Below the pieces are notes generated by a model. The model did not search any database. It was given only the letters and a program-made list of their open reading frames with translations, and was not told the DNA's origin. The translations under genes were made by a program, and so were the position numbers. DNA of 43,696 nt, from assembly GCA_964430065.1 (NCBI GenBank), contig CAYSEP010000001.1:6394-50089 (forward strand), written 5' to 3'. This document shows, in pieces, positions 34,021 through 43,696 of the stretch (its first letter is position 1; each line of letters begins with the position of its first letter). The stretch comes from an uncultured Candidatus Peribacteria bacterium (GTDB lineage: Bacteria > Patescibacteriota > Gracilibacteria > BD1-5 > UBA2023).

Positions 34021-34824
34021 TTACGCTTCTACGGTTTCAGTTTTTTCAGGAGTTTCTTCTGTTTTCACAGTACGAGCCATAGGAGTTTTTGGAGCGAGTT
34101 TCTCTGTTTTTGCTGGTGCTGAAGCGAGAGGTTTCTTATCATCAGACTTGCGAGCCTTGATAGACGACTTGAGTTCACCGAGGATGAATGCAAGAGCCTT
34201 GATCGAGTTTACATTGCATGGAACGAAGTAGTCAGTCTTATCGATATCACCAGTAGAACCGAGGAGAGCGATAGTAGTGACACCCATAGTATGAGCTTCT
34301 GTAAGAGCAAGATCTTCGTAGTGACCATCGACGACCACGACGACATCTGGAGCGCGTTTCATGTCTTTCACACCGACATATGCCGTCTTGAGTTTCTCGA
34401 GTTCCTTCATTTTTACTGATACTTCTTTCTTCGTAAGTCCTTCGAGCATCCCGTTTGCGAGAGATGATTCGAGTTCGTTATAGTAGCTGATTCGTTTTTT
34501 GATCGTTCCGAAATTCGTGAGGAGTCCTGGAACCCACTTCGAACTGACATAGAAATGTCCTGTAGCGATAGCAAGAGCTTCGACGAGATCCTTAGTCTGA
34601 ACCTTCGTTCCGACGAAAAGGATAGTCTTTCCACGAGAAGAAAGATCTTCCAGAAGAGCTTTCACTTCAGTGAGCTTTTCTGCAGTTTTATAAAGGTCGA
34701 ATACATGGATACCATTCTGGACACCATAGATGTAGTTACGCATCTTTGGAGACCAGTATTCACGCTTGTGTCCGATGTGGACGGCGTTTTCGAGCATGCT
34801 CTGTACGAGAGTAGCGTTTGACAT
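34021..34824 (-). CDS. rpsB: 30S ribosomal protein S2
   Basis: The sequence LENAVHIGHKREYWSPKM and other S2 motifs. 267 aa with no TGA codons. Confidence 0.95.
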   Translation of the reverse strand: MSNATLVQSMLENAVHIGHKREYWSPKMRNYIYGVQNGIHVFDLYKTAEKLTEVKALLEDLSSRGKTILFVGTKVQTKDLVEALAIATGHFYVSSKWVPGLLTNFGTIKKRISYYNELESSLANGMLEGLTKKEVSVKMKELEKLKTAYVGVKDMKRAPDVVVVVDGHYEDLALTEAHTMGVTTIALLGSTGDIDKTDYFVPCNVNSIKALAFILGELKSSIKARKSDDKKPLASAPAKTEKLAPKTPMARTVKTEETPEKTETVEA

Positions 34825-34980
34825 AGAAAAAAATAATAAAAAAATAATCCTTACGAGATCTTAGGTCAGATACGTAGTCCTTCGTAGCTCTGTTTATCCT
34901 TCGTAGCTCGGAAAGAGTGGAGAAGGAAAAGGAGCGGAGAAGGAAGGAAGTATCCTTGTGCTCAGGAACATACATCCCTG

Positions 34981-35030
34981 AAAAACAAAAAATCCCAACT
35001 CGATCTTTCATTTTCCGAAAGTGAGTCGGG
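34981..35030 (-). terminator. intrinsic terminator between the small ORF and rpsB
   Basis: Minus strand: cccgactcactttcggaaaatgaaagatcgagttggg, followed by attttttgttttt. Confidence 0.55.
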
Positions 35031-35082
35031 CGTATTATAGCGAAAATCAGGAAAAAGCAAGGCTATTTATTGGGATTTCACA

Positions 35083-35328
35083 CTAATCATCAGCTGTTGT
35101 ATCTTTTAATGTTCGTGCCATACATTCAGCAACTACCTTACTCCAATCAGCTATTTCTCTCGTTGTCATAGGTACTCATGATGTGTGAGGATTACCAGCA
35201 TAATCAACTGATGCATCAGAGAAATTTGCCTCCTGAACTGGTCACCATAATACAGGCGGTGACGGAAGTCAAAAACCTTTGAGCTGATCCTCATCTGAGC
35301 AAGTTCATCCGTATGATATTTCTAGCAT
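35083..35328 (-). CDS. hypothetical small protein (81 aa)
   Basis: ATG at 35328 to TAG at 35083-35085, with 4 TGA and no TAA or TAG in frame. Confidence 0.35.
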
Positions 35329-35382
35329 AAATTTTTTATTACAAGTAAAAATTATTATACTACTATTAATTATTTGTCAATT

Positions 35383-36852
35383 TTATTTTACTCATTCATA
35401 TCACTTTCCTCAGATCCATTTATAAAGCATTTGTCCTGCGACGAAACCTATGATCGCCATGAGGAATCCGAAGAAGTGTGGAGGCATAGAGTATACTTCC
35501 TCGAATCCGAGAGAGTACTCGAATGTCAGCCATGTCCCGATACCTACGATCATAGAGAGGAGAGCAGAGATGGTGTGGACTTTTTTACAGATGAGTGCCA
35601 TAGCAAGTGGGACGAAGGCTCAGGCAAGAGTGATCTTGTAGGCATTTTCTACCATTTCGAATATACGAGCCTCTTCCTGATAGTATTTGTATGAGACGAA
35701 GCTCACGATGATGAGAAAAAATCCGATCACTGAAGCTCGAGTCATGAAGAGTGCCTTACGATCAGAAATACGAGGAAGAAATGGGCGAAGGATATTTTCC
35801 ATGAAGAGTGCCGATGGCGCAAGAAGCGTCCCCGATGCTGTCGACATGATGGCTGAGAGTAGAGCTCAGAAGAACATGACTTGCACAAAAAGAGGGGTAG
35901 CCTCGAGGATAAGTATAGGGAGGACTCGCTGAGTATCGCTTGTTCCTGTGATGAGATCGGGAGCTACCATATACGCTGCATAGCCGAGCATGATCGGGAG
36001 AAATGCTATGATGATATAGAGTGATCATCAGAGAATTCATCATTTTCGAGCATGCTCTCGGGAATCTGCCGAAAGCACTCTCTGAAAGACATCTTGCTGT
36101 GGTATAGAACCAAATCCCATGGTCAGTACAGCAGATATGATCCCTATGATAGCGACAAGTGAGAATCCATCTGGAAGAAGGTCGAACTTCCCAGCACTAT
36201 ATGCCTCAGAGATGACATGCGTCATGCCACCAGCACCAGGAAGCGATGTGACGAAAAAACTCGCGATAGCCATACCCACAACGATGATGATCATCTGGAA
36301 AAAATCTGTGAGTGCCACAGACCACATCCCTCAGAAAAATGTATAGAGAAGAACGATGAATCCGCCGATCAGTGACCACTGCATCTGTGAGAGAAAAGCA
36401 AGACTCGATCCCTCTGTGAGTATATCTCCGATGAGTCCGAGTGCGACGATCTGTGCCGATACCCACCCGATATAGGATACGATGATCATGATCGAAGCGA
36501 GGAGCTCTACGGTACGGCCGTATTTCATACGATAGTAGTCTCCGAGCGTCTTCACTCAGGCATCGTAGAGAGGTCGTGCGAAGAAAAGTCAGACGAGGAT
36601 AAGACAGAGTCCAGCACCAAATGGATCTGCGAGGATGCCCAGAATCCCTTCATCGAGAAATGTCGATGACGTCCCGAGTACTGTCTCAGAGCCAAACCAT
36701 GTGGCGAAAGTCGTCGCGATGACGATATAGAGGGGAAGTCCGCGTCATGCGAGAATATAGTCTGTATCCGTCTTCACTCGACGCGAAGCATAGAGTCCTA
36801 TACCTATAGAAATGATGAGATAGAGCCCGATCCAGAAGAGAAGTGAGTTCAT
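35383..36852 (-). CDS. sodium:solute symporter (SSS) family transporter
   Basis: All four track pieces on this strand share one frame. I read that frame line by line: 489 codons and about 13 TGA. Typical SSS features include the sequences FATWFGSETVLG and GSIPQQDVFQR and multiple TM helices. Confidence 0.8.
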
Positions 36853-36955
36853 AGAAAAATTTATGATAAAAAATACTCTTACCAAATATTCTAGAGGATT
36901 TAGGAGAAATGCAAGAAAATATCCTTACTATAAAAGCATAGAATCGAAAATGAAA

Positions 36956-36984
36956 TTGACAATTATTATTAATTAATATATAAT
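36956..36984 (+). promoter_or_regulatory. perfect consensus sigma70 promoter TTGACA-N17-TATAAT
   Basis: TTGACA at 36956-36961 and TATAAT at 36979-36984. The ATG of the downstream gene is at 36991, only 6 nt after the -10 element. Confidence 0.55.
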
Positions 36985-36990
36985 AACCAC

Positions 36991-37719
36991 ATGCGACAAA
37001 TGCCCTCTGGAAAAGAATATACATGACCGAAAGCCGTAACCTCTGCAACACTCAGTGAAATACAAAGAAATGCGGAGCAACTTGACGTAAAATGAGTGCA
37101 TGATGCGCTTATGAAGTTTAATAGCATAAATTTTACTACCCTTGATGAGAAGGTGAATACTATAGAAATGATGGCCCTCTATCAACAAGCCTTCACACTC
37201 CTAGGAACACCTCTAAAAGTAGACTGATTTTTTGGTGGAGCAACACGCGTAGCAGTCAAAAAATTCCAAGAAAAAAATGGGTTAGTGGGCGATGGAATAC
37301 CGTGACAAAAAACGACAGAAACACTACTGAGAAAACTTTCAGAAAAATGATTATCGAGTAATCCTATGAAAGAGGTTATGAAGAATTTGGAAATCACTCC
37401 TGAAGATAATAAAAATGTCGTACGTATAATAAAAGAGGCACGAAAGAATCCACTTCCTGGAAGTAATCAGTATTCGAGTTACTCAGGGAACAATTTCGAC
37501 AATATAGAATACGCCTATGTAAAACAGCCTGATGGGTGATATTATGTTTTCGGTGAGAGATCTACAGATACTCCAGTATGGAGATATGTTTACCAGACTG
37601 ATAAAGATTTTAATATTCTCGATGTAGCAAAAGTAGAAGGTGGCGGAAAAATCTCTTCCCGTAAGTGAAAAATACTTGAGGTGCCATTTAATCCTGCTCC
37701 CGTAATTAAGAAAAAATAA
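36991..37719 (+). CDS. peptidoglycan-binding-domain protein
   Basis: 242 codons with 7 TGA. PG_binding_1-like segment YQQAFTLLGTPLKVD[TGA]FFGGATRVAVKKFQEKNGLVGDGIP[TGA]QKT, with both TGA codons at the family's conserved Gly positions. Confidence 0.65.
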
Positions 37720-38420
37720 TGTCTATCAAGAATTTCATACAAGCAGCAGGCGTGGTTGCTGGTCTCGCCACAAGCCCCATATCTCACGCTTGAGATATTT
37801 TCGAACCACAAATAGTAGAAATAAAAGAAGTGTGCACATGAAAAGTCTCAGTCATACTCGGTGGGAAAAATATATGTGAGCTATCAAGTAAGGAAGTCGT
37901 AGAGATATCACAAGATGGAGGAAAGACCTGGAAGATATTATGAGTGGGAAGTATACTCGCACTCGACCTCGCTATATGACTCTGAGTTTTGATTCGATCG
38001 AGAAGAAAGATATGACAAGGTCCTGGAATAGGAATAGATATAGAAGGGAGTGAGTCAAACGAATTAGTAGAACTTACGTATATTATCGAGGAGAGTCCTG
38101 CAGAGAAAATAGATGTAGCCAAGAAGCGAATAGAGGAGTTTTTTGAGGGTAATAATATTTTTGAAGATAAATGATCCTGCTATCTCCTAACTTTTCAGGT
38201 TGATCCAGGAAAAGAATCAGCAAGTGAGGCATATCACTCATATCAGATAATCATAGAGAAATGATCGTGAAAAATCTCTTTCTTTAAGGTGTATCCTAAC
38301 TTCTCTTGGTTCGACAATCAAAGAAAATGGAATGATAACAAAAATTCCGAGGGCACAATTCTCGAAAGTGTATGCTTACAACTCGAATTAATGAAGCTTT
38401 ATAATACTAAGTTCATATAA
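37719..38420 (+). CDS. secreted hypothetical protein
   Basis: TAATG overlap with the upstream gene. 233 codons with 9 TGA. Signal-peptide-like MSIKNFIQAAGVVAGLATSPISHA. Confidence 0.5.
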
Positions 38421-38434
38421 AAAATAATCACGCT

Positions 38435-38467
38435 AAAGACAAGTTTCTCTTGTCTTTTTTTGTTTTT
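38435..38467 (+). terminator. intrinsic terminator
   Basis: aaagacaag-tttct-cttgtcttt followed by a T-run. Confidence 0.65.
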
Positions 38468-38504
38468 TCGTAGAATACGGGAAGTCAGAACTTTACTGAA
38501 GCTT

Positions 38505-38954
38505 ATGGACTATACACGTATTTTCACAGATATACTCACATGAGATCACTATCTCGTACTTGCGACCGTAGACGATGAATGAAATCCATGGACAGCACCA
38601 CTGGGATATGTATGGGACGGAGGGCGATCACTCTACTATATATCTCATACTGGGTCAGTTCACTCGAAAAATATCGAAACAAATCCTAAGATAGGTTTTA
38701 GTATATTTCATACGGATCAGATACCAGGAAATGCTTTCTGAGTGCAGTGATCCGGAATAGCCGAAAGAGTAAGCGAAGAAACTGTTCCGAGAGAACTTCA
38801 GGAAAAACTTCAGAAACTTGTTTCTCTCGTCATCCTCCAGAGAGAACACTCTTTCTATAGAATAGATATCGTCGATGCATTTCTCCCCGATGCTACTCGC
38901 TGGAAAACTGATGGGAAAATAAAAACACGAGTAGAACTTCCTAATAAATCATAA
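38505..38954 (+). CDS. pyridoxamine 5'-phosphate oxidase-family (general stress protein 26-like) flavin-binding protein
   Basis: LATVDDE[TGA]NPW (family consensus dG-P), then HSKNIETNPKIGFSIF. 149 codons with 4 TGA. Confidence 0.55.
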
Positions 38955-38958
38955 TAAA

Positions 38959-40392
38959 ATGCCAAAAGAATACGAACTTATCATGTGACTCGAGACCCAC
39001 GTCCGAGTGAAGTCGAACACCAAGATGTTCTGTAGCTGTGCGAATGCTCTCGAGCTCGCAAAAGAACCAAATATGAATGTCTGTCCTATCTGTATGGGAT
39101 TTCCTGGGATGCTTCCGACACTTTCCGCAGGAGTCGTCGATCTCGCTGTACGTGCTGGTCATGCGATGCGTGGGCAAGTGCAGGAAAAAAGTATATTCGA
39201 CCGCAAGAGCTATTTCTACCCAGATCTTCCTATGGGATACCAGATTACTCAGCTCTATGAGCCGATCGTGATGGGCGGGGAAGTGCGTGCGATGGTCGAA
39301 GGTGAGGTGAAGACATTTCGCATACACCATACCCATATCGAGAACGATGCAGGAAAGCTCGTCCATGCAGGAGGGAAGACTCTCTGTGACTATAACCGTG
39401 CAGGATCACCACTTATGGAGATCGTGACGGAGCCAGATTTCCGATCGAAAGCAGATGTGATAGGCTATCTCGAAGAGCTCCAGAAGCTCATGCGTTGGTG
39501 TGGTGCGAGTGACGCTGACATGGAGAAGTGACAGCTTCGCTGTGATGTGAATATCTCTGTTCGTGAGAAGTGAGAGACTCAGTTCCGTAATCGTGTGGAA
39601 CTGAAAAATATCAACTCATTTGCCTCTATCGCTCGTGCGATAGACGTCGAGTACGCTCGCCAGGTCGAGATCTACGAGACTGGTGGAACGATCGACCAGG
39701 AAACTCGAGGATGGAGCGATGAACGTGGATACTCGACTCCACTCCGGTCAAAGGAAGATGCCATGGACTACCGCTACTTCCCAGATCCAGATCTCCCACC
39801 ACTTATCCTCACACGTGAGTATATCGAAGAGAGAAATATCGGAGAACTCCCCATGGATCGCCGACTCAAGTATAGAGATACATACAAGCTCATCGAAGAT
39901 GACGCGCGCATACTTTCGAGTGATCGGCTCACAAGTGATTTCTATGAGTCTCTTGTAGCGACATCGGGCGATCCGAAAAAGTCGTGTTCCTATATCACGA
40001 CGGTACTCTTCGCGATATTCGAAGCGCACCATGAGAAGATCGATCTCTCCCACGTGAAGGGCTGAGCTCTCGAGATCGGAAATGTCATCAAGCTCGTAAA
40101 TGCAGACGCACTATCGAGTACGAACTCGAAACTCGTCGTAGAAAAACTCGTCTTCGAAGGAGGAACTGCAGAAGAGTGGGTCGAGAAACTCGGACTTCGC
40201 CAGTCCAATGACACGAGCGCACTCGAAGCGATCGTCGACCAAGTCATCGTGGACAATGCTTCCCAAGTCGCGGAGTACAAATCTGGAAAAGAGGCACTCT
40301 TCGGCTTCTTCGTCGGACAATCTATGAAAGCCTCGAAATGACAGGGAAATCCGAAAATATTCACAGACATACTCAAGAAAAAACTCTCCTAA
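38959..40392 (+). CDS. gatB: Asp-tRNA(Asn)/Glu-tRNA(Gln) amidotransferase subunit B
   Basis: M[TGA]LETHV (family consensus IGLEIH), the sequence CPICMGFPGMLP, ME[K][TGA]QLRCDVNISV and YRYFPDPDLPP. Track pieces are in frame. 5 TGA. Confidence 0.95.
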
Positions 40393-40847
40393 GGTTTAGG
40401 AGAGTTTTCTCATAATCAATTATGATATTCACTTACTGCATTCAGAAAGGCTGAAAATGTAACAGGTAAACGAATGCCTAACTTATTCATATTCTCTGAA
40501 TAATATTCGCAAAGTAAAGTGATCTCTCGTTTTTTTCACCAATGTTGAAAAAATGGAGCTACCAATCATTGATTTTCGGACAAACATTCCATACGATTCA
40601 CGCCATCCTTAGCAAGAAAATTTCTGACAAAATCAGCGATTTGACTAGGCACATCTTTCTTTATTTCTTGATTTTTTTTCTGCTCTTCAATAACTGATGC
40701 TACAAAACCTTTTACATAATCCTCTACCCCCTTTCCTTTGGTTTCCCATGGGTCAACAACCTTAGGAAATTCTTGAGGTTTTTGAAATTTAAAATTGTGA
40801 GGAGAAGGAATATCGCCTCTAGATGTATCATTATTAATTCAAGTCAT
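40389..40847 (-). CDS. hypothetical protein (152 aa)
   Basis: ATG at 40847 to TAG at 40389-40391, with 5 TGA and no TAA or TAG in frame. The last 9 codons run through the gatB terminator and overlap the gatB stop. Confidence 0.4.
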
Positions 40848-40903
40848 GAGTATGATATATCCAATAATTTGCAAAAGTCAATAATTTATGTTAAAATACT
40901 CTC

Positions 40904-41701
40904 ATGAAAAAACTTATTTCTCTCATCTTCATTTTTCTCTTGCTCACCGAGCATGTATGAGCATTAAATATGCTGAAACCGAGCCTCACAGCTCAGATGA
41001 ACAGACAGGCGAGTATAGATAAAGTGAACTATATAACAGAGAAAAAACTCAAGAACCAACTCAGACTCGCAGAGATCCAGGCACGCAGAAAGGTAGGGAT
41101 AAAAACCACAGTAGCCAGCACTACGCCAAATACTACAACTTCCTCAGTAAAGCCTGTCTATACAGCTCCTTCGAACACCAATACAACATACTCAGTCTCA
41201 TCCTCGATCCCATGAGTCGATATGAATCGTGTCCGAGCAACGTGGATGGGCTGGTACAATAGTACGAGAAGTGCTCTCTCACTCCAAAACTATACATGGG
41301 ATACTCGACTTGATGGAACCGCTCATGACTGGAATATCGTATTTGCAGCAGGGAAGGGGCAAAATCACCATAGACGCAATCCAGGAGACAGCTACTATGA
41401 TTTCCCTGTGATCGATGCATGGTTCGGTGCTCGTGGAGTGAATCCGAAAGTGATAAATAGAGCAAAAAATACTGAGAATGTCGGCTATGGATACTACTCA
41501 TGTAGCGACTCGGACTGTACCGATGAGCTCATCGCGAGTATCCGCTCTACCTATGACTTCTTCATGAGCGAGAAGGGGAAATCCTATGATGCTCACTACC
41601 GCAGTATCGTACAGCCATACTTCTCGAAGATCGGGATGGATATCATAGTCGTACCGAGCGAGAAACGATACTATATGACCATCCACTATATCACGGAATA
41701 G
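40904..41701 (+). CDS. secreted CAP/SCP/PR-1-like domain protein
   Basis: Signal peptide, Thr/Ser-rich linker, and a C-terminal domain of about 150 aa with the spacing typical of SCP-like extracellular proteins (W..R...L.W...L...A, HY..IV). 2 TGA. Confidence 0.5.
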
Positions 41702-41709
41702 ACTGTCTC

Positions 41710-41734
41710 GTCATTCCTGCGAAGGCAGGAATCC
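41710..41734. repeat. family-A short hairpin (copy A9), intergenic
   Basis: gtc attcctgc gaag gcaggaat cc. Confidence 0.75.
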
Positions 41735-41828
41735 AGTAATAATATGATTTATACCATATATTTCATATAATTCTCTTTTCTTTTGCAAAAGAGTTTTTTT
41801 AAGATATATTCATACAATAATTTTTTCT

Positions 41829-43574
41829 ATGCCATTTATCGATATTCCGCAAGTTGATCCGAATCAATTACCAAGTTTATGAGCTCCACCACCTCTCACA
41901 CAGAGTATATCGAGTCGTGTAAATAGCGTCACTATCGGATATACCGTGCAGGTCAAAATACCTGATGGGAATACTTATCACTATCGGAACACTGATGAGA
42001 TACTCCATTCCCTCATATATGCCTACGAGAATATATCGAGATGATCTCTTTCGAAAGAGGAGAGAGCACTTCTCGAGAAAGTATGGATACAGTATACATC
42101 TTCGAGATGAACAACTCTCAGTCTCACTGATATACTGAGATTTCTGAGTACTAGTGAGGATGCTCGCATGAATGAAATAAGTAATGTCATCGGAAACAGC
42201 ATCTCTACCGATCCACAGAACCTCTATCTGCTCTTGTCAGAAAGTCTCAGTAGAGAAGCAGGGCGATTTCGATGATTTCTCACAGATCTGATAGGAAAAA
42301 TCCCCCCGAAAGAACTCTCGAATCTCATCCTCATAATCGGCTGACTCGATCGTACTCAGGATATATCCGGAATCATGGCAAGTCTCACCCCAGAACAACG
42401 AGCAGAAATTACAGAAATAATGAAAGATCCACGAAGTCGACGAGTATTTCTCCAAGATGTCGTCCTTCGTATGACTCATCTCATCTATAGGGAGACTGGC
42501 GTGCGTATCGATGCTATAAGTTTCGGATGAAGAGAGCATGGAGATGGGGGTATGATCATATCGATACCAGGAAAGGCAGGGAAACCGATATTTCTCATCA
42601 TCACGAAACACCATACTACCGTAGCCGAAACAGCAACAGAAGCTCTCGATACACTCAGTATGGCAAACAAGAGTCCTGTCTTTACTCACTATCTCATCGA
42701 TGCGAGTGGAAAAATCCTCTGACAGATCGAGACACCTCTTTCGGTATGGACACGAGATCAGATATTCCCGACAGCGGAACTCATGGAACGGTGGACGCGA
42801 AACCCGAGTCTAATACCGACAGGAGTGAGTCTCGATATCTCTCTCTTCAATCATAGAAACAAAGTCACTCTGACACAAAAAACCAAAAATGGATGGTTCG
42901 CACAACTTGGTATCTCCGAAGGGAACATATGGGGAATAAGAGCAAATACATCATTCGCAAATTTCGGATGGCAATATAAAAGTCAGGAAAATACCCTTAC
43001 GCTCCACACATCTGCCAGCAGTACGAACTTTGATCCTCGTGGGTTTCGAGATGTGGAAGGACTCTCTTTTGGTGCGAACTGGTATAATTCTCTCGGGAAA
43101 GTAGGGAGCATCACGCTCAGTTCATCAGGAAGTGCGTATATAAGTGCGCAGGCTACGGAGTGAAACTGGAGAAATCCGCAAATAGGTGAATGAGTCATAA
43201 AAAATAGTGTTCATGCGAATTCTCAAATTTCTCCTCATACTACAATCAGTACATCAATCGGAAGCAAATACAACTGGGCACCATGAAATGTGACACCAAA
43301 TACTTTCGATCATATACAAATCTCCGATAGAGATCTCTGAAGAGCTCTGAGCTCTACAGAATATGGCTTCCAGGTAGCTCATATACTCCAAAACGGAGAA
43401 AAAATAGACGGGAATATTCACTATGAGATATGACCTCTAGCAAAGAAAATACAAGGACAAGTCTCTTATACTCTCGCGGATGGAAAAACTCGTCTCATCG
43501 GACACTGAGAAAAAACAAGTTGAACCTATAATTCGAATACTTATTATGGATTTCGCCTAGAACATAAATTCTAA
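41829..43574 (+). CDS. large hypothetical protein (581 aa), beta-strand-rich C-terminal half
   Basis: I read frame 0 line by line from ATG 41829 to TAA 43572-43574, with 16 TGA and no TAA or TAG. Track ORFs 42783..43163 and others are fragments. Confidence 0.6.
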
Positions 43575-43613
43575 AAAATCCCTCTTTCGAGAGATTTTTT
43601 TATATATTAAAAA

Positions 43614-43696
43614 CTACACATCCAAATTCGCTACGCTCGTTGCACGCGACTGGATGAAGTGCTTGCGTGGTGGAACATCCTCACCCATAAGCATAC
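43614..43696 (-). CDS. 3' end of an unidentified gene that continues beyond the window
   Basis: The frame ending ...GEDVPPRKHFIQSRATSVANLDV-TAG (43614-43616) stops just before the shared hairpin at 43575-43603. Confidence 0.3.
   Translation of the reverse strand, partial: MLMGEDVPPRKHFIQSRATSVANLDV

Noticed and set aside
38959-40392. gatB without adjacent gatA or gatC, and the histidine kinase without a response regulator, as signs of an incomplete system.
   Set aside because: Scattered gat genes and orphan kinases are common, and the partners may lie outside the window. Not informative by itself.

Overview
The supplied standard-code ORF track is misleading for this window. Almost every conserved gene is cut at TGA, yet its pieces stay in one frame and end only at TAA or TAG. 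TGA also falls on invariant glycines in many families. I therefore re-translated the window by hand with UGA=Gly (translation table 25, as in Gracilibacteria/Absconditabacteria-type Patescibacteria). This gives about 45 contiguous genes.

Core genes:
- Replication: dnaB, dnaA
- Translation: rplS, rpsB, tsf, tRNA-Trp(CCA), gltX, gatB, rsmI, trhO
- Envelope: mltG
- Metabolism: cdd, ppk2, gdh, a putrescine-aminotransferase-like class III aminotransferase, an HI0933-family flavoprotein, a sodium:solute symporter
- Regulation: an orphan histidine kinase, and an ECF sigma/anti-sigma pair with an N/Q/Y-rich secreted protein

Accessory genes are more AT-rich and UGA-dense. They include a 974-codon orphan ORF, a patatin-like lipase, several secreted or surface proteins and a pilin-like pair.

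Main observations:
1. The UGA-to-Gly recoding itself, with fossil TGA stops and strong avoidance of UGA in ribosomal and translation-factor genes.
2. Two families of miniature palindromic repeats, scattered intergenically and also inserted in-frame into the HI0933 flavoprotein gene (three copies) and into gdh (two copies).
3. A G9 tract forming part of the 17-nt spacer of a near-consensus promoter upstream of a Cys-rich secreted protein, which is a phase-variation candidate.
4. A membrane ferric-reductase-like / rubredoxin / FNR-like triple fusion.
5. A consensus promoter placed so that its transcript would be leaderless.

All coordinates and counts come from manual reading. No database search was possible.
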